Source: a virus. Taken from it: DNA of 64,000 nt. Position 1 is the first letter of the stretch; every line of letters starts with the position of its first letter. The stretch covers positions 56,258 through 120,257 of the IMG/VR virus record IMGVR_UViG_3300021440_000015; one strand, 5' to 3'. Of the stretch, positions 17,783 through 28,672 are shown in pieces. The notes beneath the pieces are model-generated. The model was not told the DNA's origin and did no database searches. It worked only from the letters and a program-made list of their open reading frames with translations. The position numbers and the translations under genes were made by a program.

Positions 17783-20700
17783 ATGCAAAAACTTTTCAAT
17801 CTTTTCTATAAAGAAGTAGGCACAAGACGGATACAGAATCTTGCCAGTCCTAAATTAATAGACTTTATAAGCTTCCCAAGAAACTCTGTATATCACCATC
17901 ACACCAGAGATGATGGAAGAGAGTTAGATGTATCTAAATTGTATTTCAAAGGTTATAAAACAAAAATAGCCGTAGACTACATAACTGAATCTATTTTCAC
18001 AGACGGCGGTGTCAGAAAAGTTAACCTGAATATAAAGAATCTCATAAGAGACTTCTTTAATACTAATAAACAATTTCAATACAGACCTGATGCTTTATCC
18101 GTAGTTAAAGATTCCGGTACTTTAATAGTAGAAAATTATAACTATCTGAATGATAGTTATAAATACATAGAAACATCTCTCACCCCCTACTATAAATTTC
18201 TAAATCATTACAGAACCATTCTGTCTAACATGGCTCTCGCCATGGATAAAAACGACAGACAACATTTCTTTTTTGTAAACACACCCAGAGAGATACCTGC
18301 TTTAAGTTTTATAGTTCAATTTTCATCAAGCAAACCTTCGACAGGGATGCTTACAATTTTCAATAATGAGGAAAAGTTACTTATTCTAGAAATGTTTAAA
18401 TGGTTAAATACAGAGAAAGCTTCTGAAAGTATTTTCTCTGTATTTAAAAAATCACATCTTTCTAGAATTAACTTTGTTTTCTTCAGCAGAACAAACAAAG
18501 CTTCTATATTGAACTTAGGTTATTTACACGGTTGGGTCAAAGGCAATGACCTTAATACAAATTCAACCGATAAAGTTCAAGTAGAAGACAACGACCTTCA
18601 AAAATTATTTCTTAAGTTTCTTTTAAGTATTAATTTTGTCTCTGATGTTGAAGAGATTACAGAACACCCGACTGATCAAGACAACTTTACCTTAAAAACA
18701 AGATCTGATTCTGAACTAGGTGATGACTTTGATGAAAACTTTGAGATCAGCCCAGAGTTCACAACATTAAAAACCACACCTGTGATAGACCTTTCACCCA
18801 GTTCGATAAATACAAGTATCCCATCCTTGGATGAAATACCTGACGATTTAGACTCAGATATATCTACAGACGAAACTATTGCCGCCTTACTGAATCAAAT
18901 TGAACAAGATTTATCTGTCACAGAGAAGAAGCAGAAAATAACTCTTTCTAAAAAAGGGATTTCTATAGGTTCAGATGGTGATCTAGTTCAAACTAAAGTC
19001 ACTAAGGAAATGACAGAAGAGCAAATTACTTCTGAAGTTTTTGGTGATAAAACATATCGGGAAGGGTTGCTGTCAGCTATTGAAGCAGCAGCCGATACTG
19101 GACGATTGTCTGCCGCAGAGTATAGAAAATTTCTAACTGCTGTGAGTGACTTTGAAAATATGCCTGATCCCTATAAAACAGGCAAGGTTATTTCAGAAGT
19201 TAACAAGGTAACCGTTAACGATATTGTCATTAACGACTCTGAAAATGAAATTGTGACATCAGAGATGATGATAGACAAAACCATGGGTGAGTCATCTTTA
19301 CAAACTTTTGACAGTAAGTACATTAAAAATGTTTTGTCAAAAGACATGCTTATGATGGTGTCCAGCATTCAGAAAGCTGGTGTTGTAATAGCCAGTTATG
19401 AAATAGAAACTGAAAGAAGCATAGCTGGAACCTATCAAGTACATGAGATTCAGTTAAAACCAGTCGATGGTGCAGGTTCTACTCTTAGGTTTAGAGTTCC
19501 GGTTCCTGATGAAAATGGTGTTATGAAAGTTGGTGGTAGTCTCTATAGCTATAGAAAACAGATAGTAGATCTACCTGTCCGTAAGATAGATCCGGTAACA
19601 GTTGCTTTATCTAGCTATTACGGTAAGACCTTTGTAGCTGTGTCTGACAAAAAAGCCAATAGTTCTTATGACTGGTTGTTAAGAAACATATCTAAATTAA
19701 GTATTTTGGATAATCCGGTCATTACTGATTTGGGCCCCGCTGATGTTTTCAACAATTTATTCAAAGCTCCTTATCTTTATAGTTTCTTATCTAAAAACTA
19801 TAAAACTTTCAAAATAAAAGGTAATACTTTTGTTTTTGATGAAAGGGAAAGATCTATAATCTACCCAAATTTCTCAAAGATAGAGAAAAACGGTAGTGTG
19901 GTTTGTGGTTTCACAGAGACATCAGAACCTATAGTCATGTCAGAGACCGAAGAGTTTCTAATCTATAGAGCTGGCGGTTATGTCAGTCTCGGTAACATAG
20001 AAACTATGTTAGGCATAGACAAGACTAAGTCACCTGTAGATTTTACTGAACTAAGGGTCTTTGCTAAAACAGTTCCTGTGGGTGTGGTTCTTGGTTATTA
20101 TATCGGTTTTGGCAAACTTTTAAAATTGATCAAGGCTGAGTACAGAGCTGTAGAAGGTAGATCTCTTAAGAATTTACAAGCAGATGAATATGTTGTAGCA
20201 TTTTCTGATACTTCTTATATCTTTACAAGAAAACAAAGAGCTGTAAGTCTCATGGTTTCTGGTTTCCTTGAGTATGAGAAGGTAATAAAACAGTTTCCTG
20301 TAGAAACATTTAACGATAAAGATGTTTACTTCAATCTTTTTGACAGTAAATCTATGTCTGCTCTGTATATAAGAGAGTTGGACATATATCGTCAGTTGTT
20401 CATAGACGGCATAACTAAGACTATCTTAGAACAAATGGGTCTGCCTGTGACTTTTGAAGGTCTTTTAGTAAAGTCTACTGAAATGCTTTGTGAATATGGT
20501 TACCCTGATACCCAGGATATGAATCACATGCGCATCAGAGGTTACGAAAGAATACCAGGTATCGTATACAGTCAATTGGCTACTGCTATACGTCAGTACA
20601 GAACAAAGAATATCTCAGGCAGATCCAAGATAGAGATGTCGCCTTTTGCTGTATGGTCTACAATAATGAAAGACCCTGCTATTAAGTTAGTGGAAGATAT

Positions 20701-20986
20701 TAACCCTATCCAGAACATGAAAGAATCTGAGATAGTCACATACGTAGGTGAAGGCGGAAGAGGAAAAGAATCTATGAACAAAGCCACTAGGGCTTTTCAT
20801 GTTTCTAATGTGGGTGTGGTATCTGAAGCCTCTGTAGATAGTGGTGACGTAGGTATAAACTTTTATCTTTCATCTAACCCTAATTTTAAGGACATGCGAG
20901 GCATAGTTAAATCTGACAAGAAGATAACTCCTACGTCTATGGTAAGTACAGCCACCATGCTTGCACCAGGTAGTAGTAAAGATGAT
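17783..20986 (+). CDS. virion RNAP beta subunit (phiKZ gp178-like), exon 1
   Basis: 1068 aa; late motifs INPIQ..KE..TYVGEGGR..RAFH.S..G..SEA.VDSGDVGIN match RpoB; ends APGSSKDD. Confidence 0.85.
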
Positions 20987-22344
20987 TAAATATATACAGT
21001 GAGGAACTGTATATGATTGAATGTAATACACCTAATTTTAAGATTCCAAAAGGTTACTCTAAATACAGAGTCTCGCCAGATGGAAAAGTTTTTTCGTTTC
21101 ATAAAGAAAAGTTTTTAAAAGGGTCTATAAATCCAGCAGGTTACACCAATATTAGATTAACATCCGATAATGGTGTAACATTAACTTGGGGATTGCATAG
21201 ACTGATAGCGTTTTGTTTTATTTGTAGTGATTATGAAAAGTTTGGTGAGTTGTATGTAAACCATAAGGACGGTAATAAACACAACAACGCACTTGAAAAT
21301 CTTGAAATCGTAACACCTAAACAGAACGTTGAACACGCAGGTCTTAACAACTTAAGTAGAAAGTGTTTACCTATTTTGGTAAGAGATGTTAAAAGTGGTT
21401 TGATATCGGAATACCCTAGCATCATTGAATGTTCCAAACATCTTGGTGTTAGTAAGGATACTGTTTTATACAGATTAAGATATCTAGGTAAGAGATTATC
21501 GCCATCTGGTCAACAATTCAAACTGAAGAAAGATAAAACACCTTGGGTTGAAATAAAAGATTTAGAAGAAGCGAAAAAACTTTACGGTAGGAACAAAAGC
21601 GTTGCGGTGAGAACATATCCAGCTATTGAAAGAATCACTATCTACAGTAGTTGTAATGAAGTATCGTCAAAATTAGGCTTAAGCGCAGGTTATGTTTCTC
21701 AGTTGTTTTACAACAAAGATCAGCCGGTTATAGATAATTTTATTCAGCTTAAACCTAATGATAATTCGATACCTTGGGTAACACACACAGATTTCATTGA
21801 AAGTTATGAAAATTTCACAGGGTGTAAAGTCATAACTGTTTGGAACTGTTTGACAGACGAAAGAAAAATATATAAGTCTGTCACAAGTTGCGCTAGTGAT
21901 AATGGTATTAAAATAACTACCTTACATTGGCGTTTAAACCAAGAAGCAAAGGTTCACCGTGACGGTAGAAAGTATGTGTATTACAGTCAGTTAAGTCCTT
22001 TGGAAAAGAAACTTTTCAAAGAATCTCTTTGAATTGCTGGGAACTCTTGTTAGATCACTGAACCACTGCGAGGCGAAAGCCAAAGCCAAGGTTTGAAAAT
22101 CAGTGAGTAGAGACAATCAGCAGCTAAGACGCTAAAGTTGATTCTGATCAACCATGCGTAAAGTTCAACGACTAAGGTTTTATCAACCTGTAGGGTACCT
22201 AGCGGTATTCGAAGCGGAGAGCACCCTACTGTATACAGAGGGTGAAGATATAGTCTGTTCCTGTATGAGAATATAGGCGGGTGTCTGAGCACACCGGGTA
22301 AAGAGGGTAAGCTGTGAAGCTGAGCGACTTTACTGGACAGTAAG
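20987..22344 (+). mobile_element. group I intron 3 carrying an HNH endonuclease in its 5' (P1) loop
   Basis: P AATTGCTGGGAA, Q AATCAGCAG, R GTTCAACGACTA, S AAGATATAGTCT; ends ...ctggacagtaaG; splicing joins KDD|GKRVNFVQIQMSH in frame (RpoB HDDANR-equivalent). Confidence 0.9.
21013..22032 (+). CDS. intron-encoded HNH homing endonuclease (NUMOD4-like N-terminus, NUMOD1-like repeats)
   Basis: YRVSPDGKVFS; LHRLIA; VNHKDGNKHNNALENLEIVTPKQNVEHA; three Y.S..E/C.S..LG repeats. Confidence 0.9.
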   Translation: MIECNTPNFKIPKGYSKYRVSPDGKVFSFHKEKFLKGSINPAGYTNIRLTSDNGVTLTWGLHRLIAFCFICSDYEKFGELYVNHKDGNKHNNALENLEIVTPKQNVEHAGLNNLSRKCLPILVRDVKSGLISEYPSIIECSKHLGVSKDTVLYRLRYLGKRLSPSGQQFKLKKDKTPWVEIKDLEEAKKLYGRNKSVAVRTYPAIERITIYSSCNEVSSKLGLSAGYVSQLFYNKDQPVIDNFIQLKPNDNSIPWVTHTDFIESYENFTGCKVITVWNCLTDERKIYKSVTSCASDNGIKITTLHWRLNQEAKVHRDGRKYVYYSQLSPLEKKLFKESL

Positions 22345-23460
22345 GGAAAACGCGTCAACTTTGTCCAAATACAGATGTCTCATTTAATCGCGTGTAAAGA
22401 TTATCATCAACCTATCGTAAGAACAGGTTATGAGTATGTAGTACCTAATAGAACATCTGAAATATTTGCCTATAATGCCAAAGACGACGGTGAGGTTATC
22501 TCATTGGCTAAAACTGGTTTGATCGTCAAGTATAAAAACGGCGAGCAAAAAGGCATACAGCTTGGTCGTATTTACGGAAAAGCTGAAGGTAGTGTATACC
22601 CACATGACATTGTTTCTAGTGTTAAACTCGGTGATAAGTTTATCAAAGGTGATAACATAGCTTATAATACAGGTTTCTTTGAGAAAGATTTACTTGATCC
22701 AAAAAGAGTAGTTATGAAAAACTCTATGACGATCAAAGTAGCTCTGATGGAAACCAACCAGACTCACGAAGATAGTTGCTCTATTTCTAATAGAGTGTCT
22801 TTAATGTCTAGTGCCAAAACCACAAAAATGAAATCGGTCACTGTTTCCTTTAAACAAAACTTGCACAATGTTGCATCTTTTGGACAAAGAATAAAACCGA
22901 ATGATATTTTGATGGTAATGGAAGATGAAATTACTTCCACAGGTCATTTTGATGAAGAATCACTTTCACTATTAGCCGACTTATCTAAACAGTCTATTAA
23001 GTCTAAATACGACGGGGTTTTAGATAGAATAGAAGTTTACTATCACGGTAGTAAAGAAGATATGAGTCCTTCTTTAAGAGCACTTGCTGATAAAAGTGAT
23101 CAGGTATTAGAAACTATATGTAAATCGACTAACTCGCCTGTAGTCACGGGTGAAGTTAACGATGAATACAGAGTAGCTGGTTCTCGTCTGAGTTTAGACA
23201 AAGCTGAGATAAAACTTTATATAACCATGGATACAATCAGCGGTACAGGTGATAAACTTGTGTTCGCTAATCAAATGAAGAGTGTGGTGGGTGAGGTAAT
23301 GGATTATGATGTAAAGACAGAATCCGGTGAGAGAGTAGATGCCATATTTGGTTTTCGCTCAATCATGGCTCGTGTAGTGACATCACCTATAATCATAGGT
23401 ACCACAACCACCTTACTTAAAAAAGTTGCTGAAAAAGCTGTCAAAGTTTACAAAGGTTAA
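22345..23460 (+). CDS. virion RNAP beta subunit, exon 2
   Basis: In frame with ORF 22375-23460; PIVRTGYE, THEDSCSIS, GDKLVFANQMKSVVG RpoB motifs; spliced product ~1439 aa. Confidence 0.85.
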   Translation, partial: GKRVNFVQIQMSHLIACKDYHQPIVRTGYEYVVPNRTSEIFAYNAKDDGEVISLAKTGLIVKYKNGEQKGIQLGRIYGKAEGSVYPHDIVSSVKLGDKFIKGDNIAYNTGFFEKDLLDPKRVVMKNSMTIKVALMETNQTHEDSCSISNRVSLMSSAKTTKMKSVTVSFKQNLHNVASFGQRIKPNDILMVMEDEITSTGHFDEESLSLLADLSKQSIKSKYDGVLDRIEVYYHGSKEDMSPSLRALADKSDQVLETICKSTNSPVVTGEVNDEYRVAGSRLSLDKAEIKLYITMDTISGTGDKLVFANQMKSVVGEVMDYDVKTESGERVDAIFGFRSIMARVVTSPIIIGTTTTLLKKVAEKAVKVYKG

Positions 23461-23462
23461 TC

Positions 23463-23654
23463 ATGGCAATTCCTAACTTAACTGTGCATAATACAGTTGT
23501 CATAGCTAATATCGGTCAAGTTGTTAATAGCATTTTGACTAATATTGCTGGTAATGACATTTCTAACGCTATCAACGGCTCTAAGGCTACTGTTGAAGTA
23601 ATTCACAGCTTGGTTAAACAACGCATCCAAGCCAAAATAAAAAACACTAAATAA
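23463..23654 (+). CDS. small hypothetical protein
   Basis: 63-aa ORF 2 nt after the RNAP stop, followed by hairpin 23661-23690. Confidence 0.6.
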   Translation: MAIPNLTVHNTVVIANIGQVVNSILTNIAGNDISNAINGSKATVEVIHSLVKQRIQAKIKNTK

Positions 23655-23723
23655 AAATAGATACCTAGCTAGGTAATACTAGCTGGGTATTTAAACACCG
23701 CATTCTTTCTTTAGGAACAGATC

Positions 23724-25187
23724 ATGTTAGATAAAGTAATTTTGACTTCTTCGTTTGAATTGGCAGAAAGACTCGCCAGCGAGAAAAAAGTTATAGTTGT
23801 AAATTCAAATAGCTTACTTGGACAGCTGACTGCTTTGTCAACTGCTAATGTAAACAACAGTGTGCTACCTCAATCTGCTGAAGCTAATACACCAGAGCAG
23901 ATTTCTTTTTTAGCAGACATTATTTCTAATTTTACATCTGGAAATGGTGAAAATGCAACATTACACGACAGTGCTCTTGACGACATAGTCAGCAATCTGA
24001 GTAAAGTTGTTACTAACCACATAGCTATTGCAAGAACCGTTGTTAAACCGCATGTATTAGACTTTATGTCTGATTACGCAGAATATTGCAACAGGACCAA
24101 ACTTATAGATCCAGCCGGATCGTTTAATATTGTTCAAAAAGAACTTCCATCTTTATTTGAAGATGAATCTTTTATAGAGCAATTTAAATATTACGAAGGT
24201 AAAATGGCTGTGATGCCAAAGACATATGTAGATATGTCTAATGTAAGGTTGGATCCTGAAACTATTTTAAAGACAGGTTCGGCTCGTATCGACAAAATGA
24301 TAGATGAGATCGCTCAGGAAATGGGGCCTGATTTCATCTCTGGTGTTTTAAGTTCTTTTATAACTAAGAACAACGTAACATCCAATGATGTTGGCTATAG
24401 TAACTTAGGCCAGCAGAACTTATACGACGCTATGTATATTTCACTTGTGTTGTATCTGAGTGCTCAGAAACTACACAATAACGTACCTGAAGGACTAGAC
24501 ACAAGTCTAGAAATTTATCAGAACTGCATGCTTGAGATAAGAGACTTTGCAGGCTCCATGCTTAACAACCTCATTAAGCGTGCCTATTTCATGCTTAAGA
24601 GCAACACTCTGATATTGAAATCTGACAGTCGGAATAAAACTGTCTACGTTCAAGGGTCTGTTTATAGATCTTTCATTGAGCAGGGCGGTGCTGTTGAGAT
24701 GATTTTAGGTATTTGTGCGACGGATAGCGGTTTGGCTATTATGGGCTCTATACTTGACAATAGAGATGTACTAATTAAAGGCTGGAATTCTTACTGTACC
24801 TTTATGTCAGTAACAGCTGAAAATTCTAAACTTGAAAATACCAAGTCGTATTTAACAAGTGTTTTTAACACGGCTATGAATAATCTGTCCGATGTTGAAA
24901 AAGAATACTCGCTGAAAAATCCAAAATACGTGGAAACTGCAGTTAAGCTTGCTAATGATTATATCAAAGAACTCAAGCTGCATGATTTAGACCTTGTATC
25001 CGAATTATCACTCAACCTGATGGCTAATTGTCGGTTCTTCTTTACTGCTGGGTATCAGATTTTGTCCGGTATTGAACAAGCCACCAAACTCAATGTGAAT
25101 CTTGATCCAAGAGAAGCTGCTTTGGTCTCCGCTGTTAACTACATTACTGATTTCTTAGTAGATCAGACTACAATAGCACAAGTATGA
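23724..25187 (+). CDS. conserved jumbo-phage protein, probably virion/head associated (gp177-position)
   Basis: 487 aa, AGGA RBS; synteny between RNAP beta and protease. Confidence 0.6.
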   Translation: MLDKVILTSSFELAERLASEKKVIVVNSNSLLGQLTALSTANVNNSVLPQSAEANTPEQISFLADIISNFTSGNGENATLHDSALDDIVSNLSKVVTNHIAIARTVVKPHVLDFMSDYAEYCNRTKLIDPAGSFNIVQKELPSLFEDESFIEQFKYYEGKMAVMPKTYVDMSNVRLDPETILKTGSARIDKMIDEIAQEMGPDFISGVLSSFITKNNVTSNDVGYSNLGQQNLYDAMYISLVLYLSAQKLHNNVPEGLDTSLEIYQNCMLEIRDFAGSMLNNLIKRAYFMLKSNTLILKSDSRNKTVYVQGSVYRSFIEQGGAVEMILGICATDSGLAIMGSILDNRDVLIKGWNSYCTFMSVTAENSKLENTKSYLTSVFNTAMNNLSDVEKEYSLKNPKYVETAVKLANDYIKELKLHDLDLVSELSLNLMANCRFFFTAGYQILSGIEQATKLNVNLDPREAALVSAVNYITDFLVDQTTIAQV

Positions 25188-25897
25188 AATACATACGCAG
25201 CTCAGCGTGTAAAAGAAATTTAATAGAAAACGAAAAAGGACAGATCATTACAAAAGAAAATTGTAAGATACAGATACCTTTTCGTTTTTCTGTTAGAGGT
25301 CTTGGTGAAGTAGGTGTTAACACTCGTGCTTATGGGTGCTTACCTATCATCTTTGAGAATGGAGAATTTACTCTGTGTAATGTAACTGCTATTTTAGATT
25401 TAAATCCATTTAAAACAGCTGTTGTAATGATAGATGATGTTGAGTACTATGAATTTACATTCAGAGCAGGTGACGTCGTTATTAAGAACACAGAGGTAGT
25501 TAGAGATGACCTGTTAATGTATAACATCTTTGACGAGTTTATTTTCAAAGGTAAGATACCTTGGTATATGGGCTATGAAGATGTAGGTAAGTTATTCGAC
25601 ACAGCCGATAGCCATGCTGGTAGTGCGGTTGCTTCTAACTATGAGGTTATTGAACTAATAGCCTCTATGGTTACAAGAAGTAAAGATGACAGAACTAAAT
25701 ATATACGATCTGTTGCTAAAACTGATGAAGATTTTAATGACAGTAAAATTAGTTATGTACCTCTAAGTAGTATTTTCTACTCTGTTAACAGCACAGTTAA
25801 CAAAATAGCTGGTAGTTATTTCTCTGATGGTGTTGTGAGTGCTTTGGTTACTCCTACTACTAAAGTAGATAAAATTGAAAGCATACTTCGAGCTTAA
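25184..25897 (+). CDS. conserved jumbo-phage protein (gp176-position)
   Basis: 237 aa, overlaps upstream stop; synteny. Confidence 0.6.
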   Translation: MKYIRSSACKRNLIENEKGQIITKENCKIQIPFRFSVRGLGEVGVNTRAYGCLPIIFENGEFTLCNVTAILDLNPFKTAVVMIDDVEYYEFTFRAGDVVIKNTEVVRDDLLMYNIFDEFIFKGKIPWYMGYEDVGKLFDTADSHAGSAVASNYEVIELIASMVTRSKDDRTKYIRSVAKTDEDFNDSKISYVPLSSIFYSVNSTVNKIAGSYFSDGVVSALVTPTTKVDKIESILRA

Positions 25898-25989
25898 GCC
25901 TATCTGGAGCCATTAGGCTCCAGATAGTTCTTATCGTTTTTAATTAAATACAGTGGTTGCAGTTATTTTTATCTTATATTGAGGCAGGC

Positions 25990-26763
25990 ATGGGACAAAT
26001 CAAATTTACATCTACCAGGCTTGAGGGCACTGGTAAAAAAGGGTTATTGAAACCTGACAGTGCAGGATACTATACACTGCCTGTAGGTGGTCTTAACGTG
26101 TTTAATAGCGTAGGTCAGTTCTATACAGCAGATGGTGCTAAGAAGTTGTTTGAGGCTAGTAGCATCTTTATGCGTAGAGTTAAGTCAGGATGTCTTAAAG
26201 GTGAATCAGGTCATCCTAAGAGATCACCTGGTATGTCTATGGATGACTACCTGAACAGGATACTGACTATTGAAGAAACCAATGTGGTCTGTCACTTTTC
26301 TGAGATTTGGCTAGATGAAGATTTCGGAAGAAGAAATCCTAAGTTTAACAACAAAGATTTGATAGCTATTATGGCTAGAGTGAAGCCAGCTGGTCCTCAT
26401 GCTGCATCTTTGGAAGCTTCTTTAAATAATCCTGAAGAAGAAGTTTGCTTCTCTATCAGAGCTTTAACCAGAGACTTTATGTTTAAAGGTACGACCCATC
26501 GCGTACTTGAACAAATCGTAACTTGGGATAACGTGGTGGAACCAGGCTTATCCTTAGCTAAGAAAACATACAGTCCTGTATTAGAGTGCATGGCTGAACA
26601 GGAAGTTAAAGTAAGTCAGCTTGAGAAATTAGCTACAAGCATGGGTTCTTTAGTAGCTACTGAATCTTCTCTGGCTTTGGCTAAAGAAGCTTATGAGGCT
26701 GTTAGGAACACAAACCCTTCTGGTCTTAAAGTAGTTACTCTTCCAACGTTTTCTCGTTGGTGA
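25990..26763 (+). CDS. prohead (head maturation) protease, phiKZ gp175-like
   Basis: LKGESGHP, CFSIRA, IVTWDNVVEPG motifs of T4 gp21-type proteases; GAGG RBS before ATG 25990. Confidence 0.85.
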   Translation: MGQIKFTSTRLEGTGKKGLLKPDSAGYYTLPVGGLNVFNSVGQFYTADGAKKLFEASSIFMRRVKSGCLKGESGHPKRSPGMSMDDYLNRILTIEETNVVCHFSEIWLDEDFGRRNPKFNNKDLIAIMARVKPAGPHAASLEASLNNPEEEVCFSIRALTRDFMFKGTTHRVLEQIVTWDNVVEPGLSLAKKTYSPVLECMAEQEVKVSQLEKLATSMGSLVATESSLALAKEAYEAVRNTNPSGLKVVTLPTFSRW

Positions 26764-26819
26764 TAAACATCTATCTATACACCCGAGCCATATAGGCCGG
26801 GTGTATAGATATATCTGCT

Positions 26820-26863
26820 TATAAATAAATACAGTCACATATATTTTATTTGAGCTATCGCTG
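26820..26863 (+). promoter_or_regulatory. conserved promoter-like motif
   Basis: cagtcacatatattttatttgagctatcgctg; TATA instead of TGTA at the upstream box. Confidence 0.65.
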
Positions 26864-26911
26864 TGGTTTAATGGATCTGTTCTGATCTGACTCTCAGCTA
26901 AGGAGATAATC

Positions 26912-27205
26912 ATGAGGGATGTGATGAAACATCTCATCCACCCGACTTTGTCGGCGTGGGTCTTCGGTCTCGTCCGAGAGGATGAGACCGTACTCGCCTT
27001 TGGGTGGGTTGACGACACGGGTGCGAAGACCCGTGTAGGCTCCATCACACGAGAGTGTGATGGAGAGGGCTTCATTGTCCTCACCATGAGTGGTGAGGAA
27101 GCCCGGCCGTCCAGCCAGAACGAACTGTTCTGGTTTCTGTGGGCGCTTGACGCCCACGGCGGGGACATGGACAAAGCCACGATCTGGATGCACAGTCGTG
27201 GCTAA
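26912..27205 (+). CDS. small hypothetical protein, GC-rich relative to flanks
   Basis: AAGGAG RBS; bounded by promoter motif and terminator 27205-27240. Confidence 0.7.
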   Translation: MRDVMKHLIHPTLSAWVFGLVREDETVLAFGWVDDTGAKTRVGSITRECDGEGFIVLTMSGEEARPSSQNELFWFLWALDAHGGDMDKATIWMHSRG

Positions 27206-27327
27206 AAAGATACCAGGGAAATCCCTGGTATCTTTTTTTTTGTTTTAAATATCTATTTATGTATGTAGATTTTTTTTGGGCATATTTACTTAAACTGAAC
27301 AAACTTCAGAACCCAGAAAGGACACAA

Positions 27328-27921
27328 ATGTTTATCGAAATCAAAAAAGAAATAGCTGCTAAGTATAGCCAGCATTGGGAATTGCTAGATCCAGCACATC
27401 GCCAATCTCATTTTGATATGGTTTTTAATAACGGACTGATCATATCAAAAAGACTCAACATCGACATTCGACCTGAAGAAATATTGGCAGTGGCTTATTT
27501 TCACGATCTGTTTACTTGGTCTAGGTCAAATCACCATTTTCTGTCGGAGACTTTTATACGCACTACAAAGTGTAGTATTGTGCAGTCACTTTGCGACACT
27601 TCTGAAAGTATAGAAAGAGTAGCTTTAGCGTGTCGTGAACACAGGGCGTCGTAGACTGGTTCCTACAGTGGGGATTTAAGTATTGTAATGTCAGCTGCTG
27701 ATAGAGATATACCTAAGACAGCGTCTGAGTTACTAAACAGATCTGTACTGTATACAAAAACCCATAATCCTGAAATGAGCGCTGCTGAAGTAAGAGATAC
27801 TGCTATAACCCACATCAAGGAAAAATATGGAAGAAATGGCTATGCTAGAATACCTGAAATTCATAAAAGAAGCTATGTAAATGAGTATGAAGTTCTGTAT
27901 AAAGAAATAGATCTTTTATAA
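27328..27921 (+). pseudogene. HD-domain hydrolase interrupted by an in-frame TAG (27652-27654)
   Basis: H..SH, AYFHD, HH, EHRAS*TGSYSG..AADR; the two ORFs are in the same frame. Confidence 0.7.
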
Positions 27922-27926
27922 GTTCT

Positions 27927-27970
27927 TGTAAAATATTTCAGTCACGTATATTCTATTTGAGCTATCGCTG
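27927..27970 (+). promoter_or_regulatory. conserved promoter-like motif
   Basis: tgtaaaatatttcagtcacgtatattctatttgagctatcgctg. Confidence 0.7.
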
Positions 27971-28017
27971 TAGTTTAAGTCGTTCTTTCTGCGACACTAT
28001 CAGTTAAGGAGATACTC

Positions 28018-28506
28018 ATGATCAAATTAAACGGCATTTTGGCTGTGTCCAATGGCGTGAACCTGTCTGGCGTTGAAGGTATAGTGGGGTCTAATAGCCT
28101 GTGTCGGTACAAGCTGGTGCGTAGTAAATACTTGCCCGTATTCGTTGTCATCACAGACTTTATTTGCGATGATGATCCTGCTGAGATAATAGCCGCTATT
28201 GACAGCGGCAAGTTTGATTTCAAACCTTTGAGGACATTCAAAGGGTATGATGCTATACCAGAACTTCGGAAAAGTCTGATCGATAAGATCAAGCAAGAAG
28301 AAGCAGAGAAACGCTTCGAGGAAAAAGTCGCTCTGATTGGTTTGTCAGCTGAAGAGCTGCAACAGCTGAAAACGGTGGACTGGTATCATGATTATACTGA
28401 TGACGGTGCAGTCTGGCGTTCAGCAGAAGCTCGTCATAAAGAGGTTAAATCTTCAGTCGGAGAATGGAAGTATAACGAGTATCGAAACGCGGTACTTGAC
28501 AAGTAA
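28018..28506 (+). CDS. hypothetical protein
   Basis: AAGGAGATACTC-ATG identical to the 6440 gene leader; terminator 28507-28540. Confidence 0.75.
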   Translation: MIKLNGILAVSNGVNLSGVEGIVGSNSLCRYKLVRSKYLPVFVVITDFICDDDPAEIIAAIDSGKFDFKPLRTFKGYDAIPELRKSLIDKIKQEEAEKRFEEKVALIGLSAEELQQLKTVDWYHDYTDDGAVWRSAEARHKEVKSSVGEWKYNEYRNAVLDK

Positions 28507-28581
28507 AATAAACCCTGGCTTCGGCTGGGGTTTATTTTTTATTCAGAACCCTATTCTTTATGGCTGGTTTTAAACGGCCTT

Positions 28582-28616
28582 TGTAGAGTAAGTTAGCTAC
28601 TTAAACTTTACTTGAC
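28582..28616 (+). promoter_or_regulatory. promoter-like motif, TTGAC variant
   Basis: tgtagagtaagttagctacttaaactttacttgac, TGTA-N26-TTGA spacing. Confidence 0.55.
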
Positions 28617-28672
28617 TATATCAGTCACTTTTGCAAAAGTTGTATTTCAACCCAACCATTTAAGGAATTAAA

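Noticed and set aside
22050-22358. 102-aa minus-strand ORF
   Set aside because: Antisense to the intron 3 ribozyme core; the sequence is explained by RNA structure.
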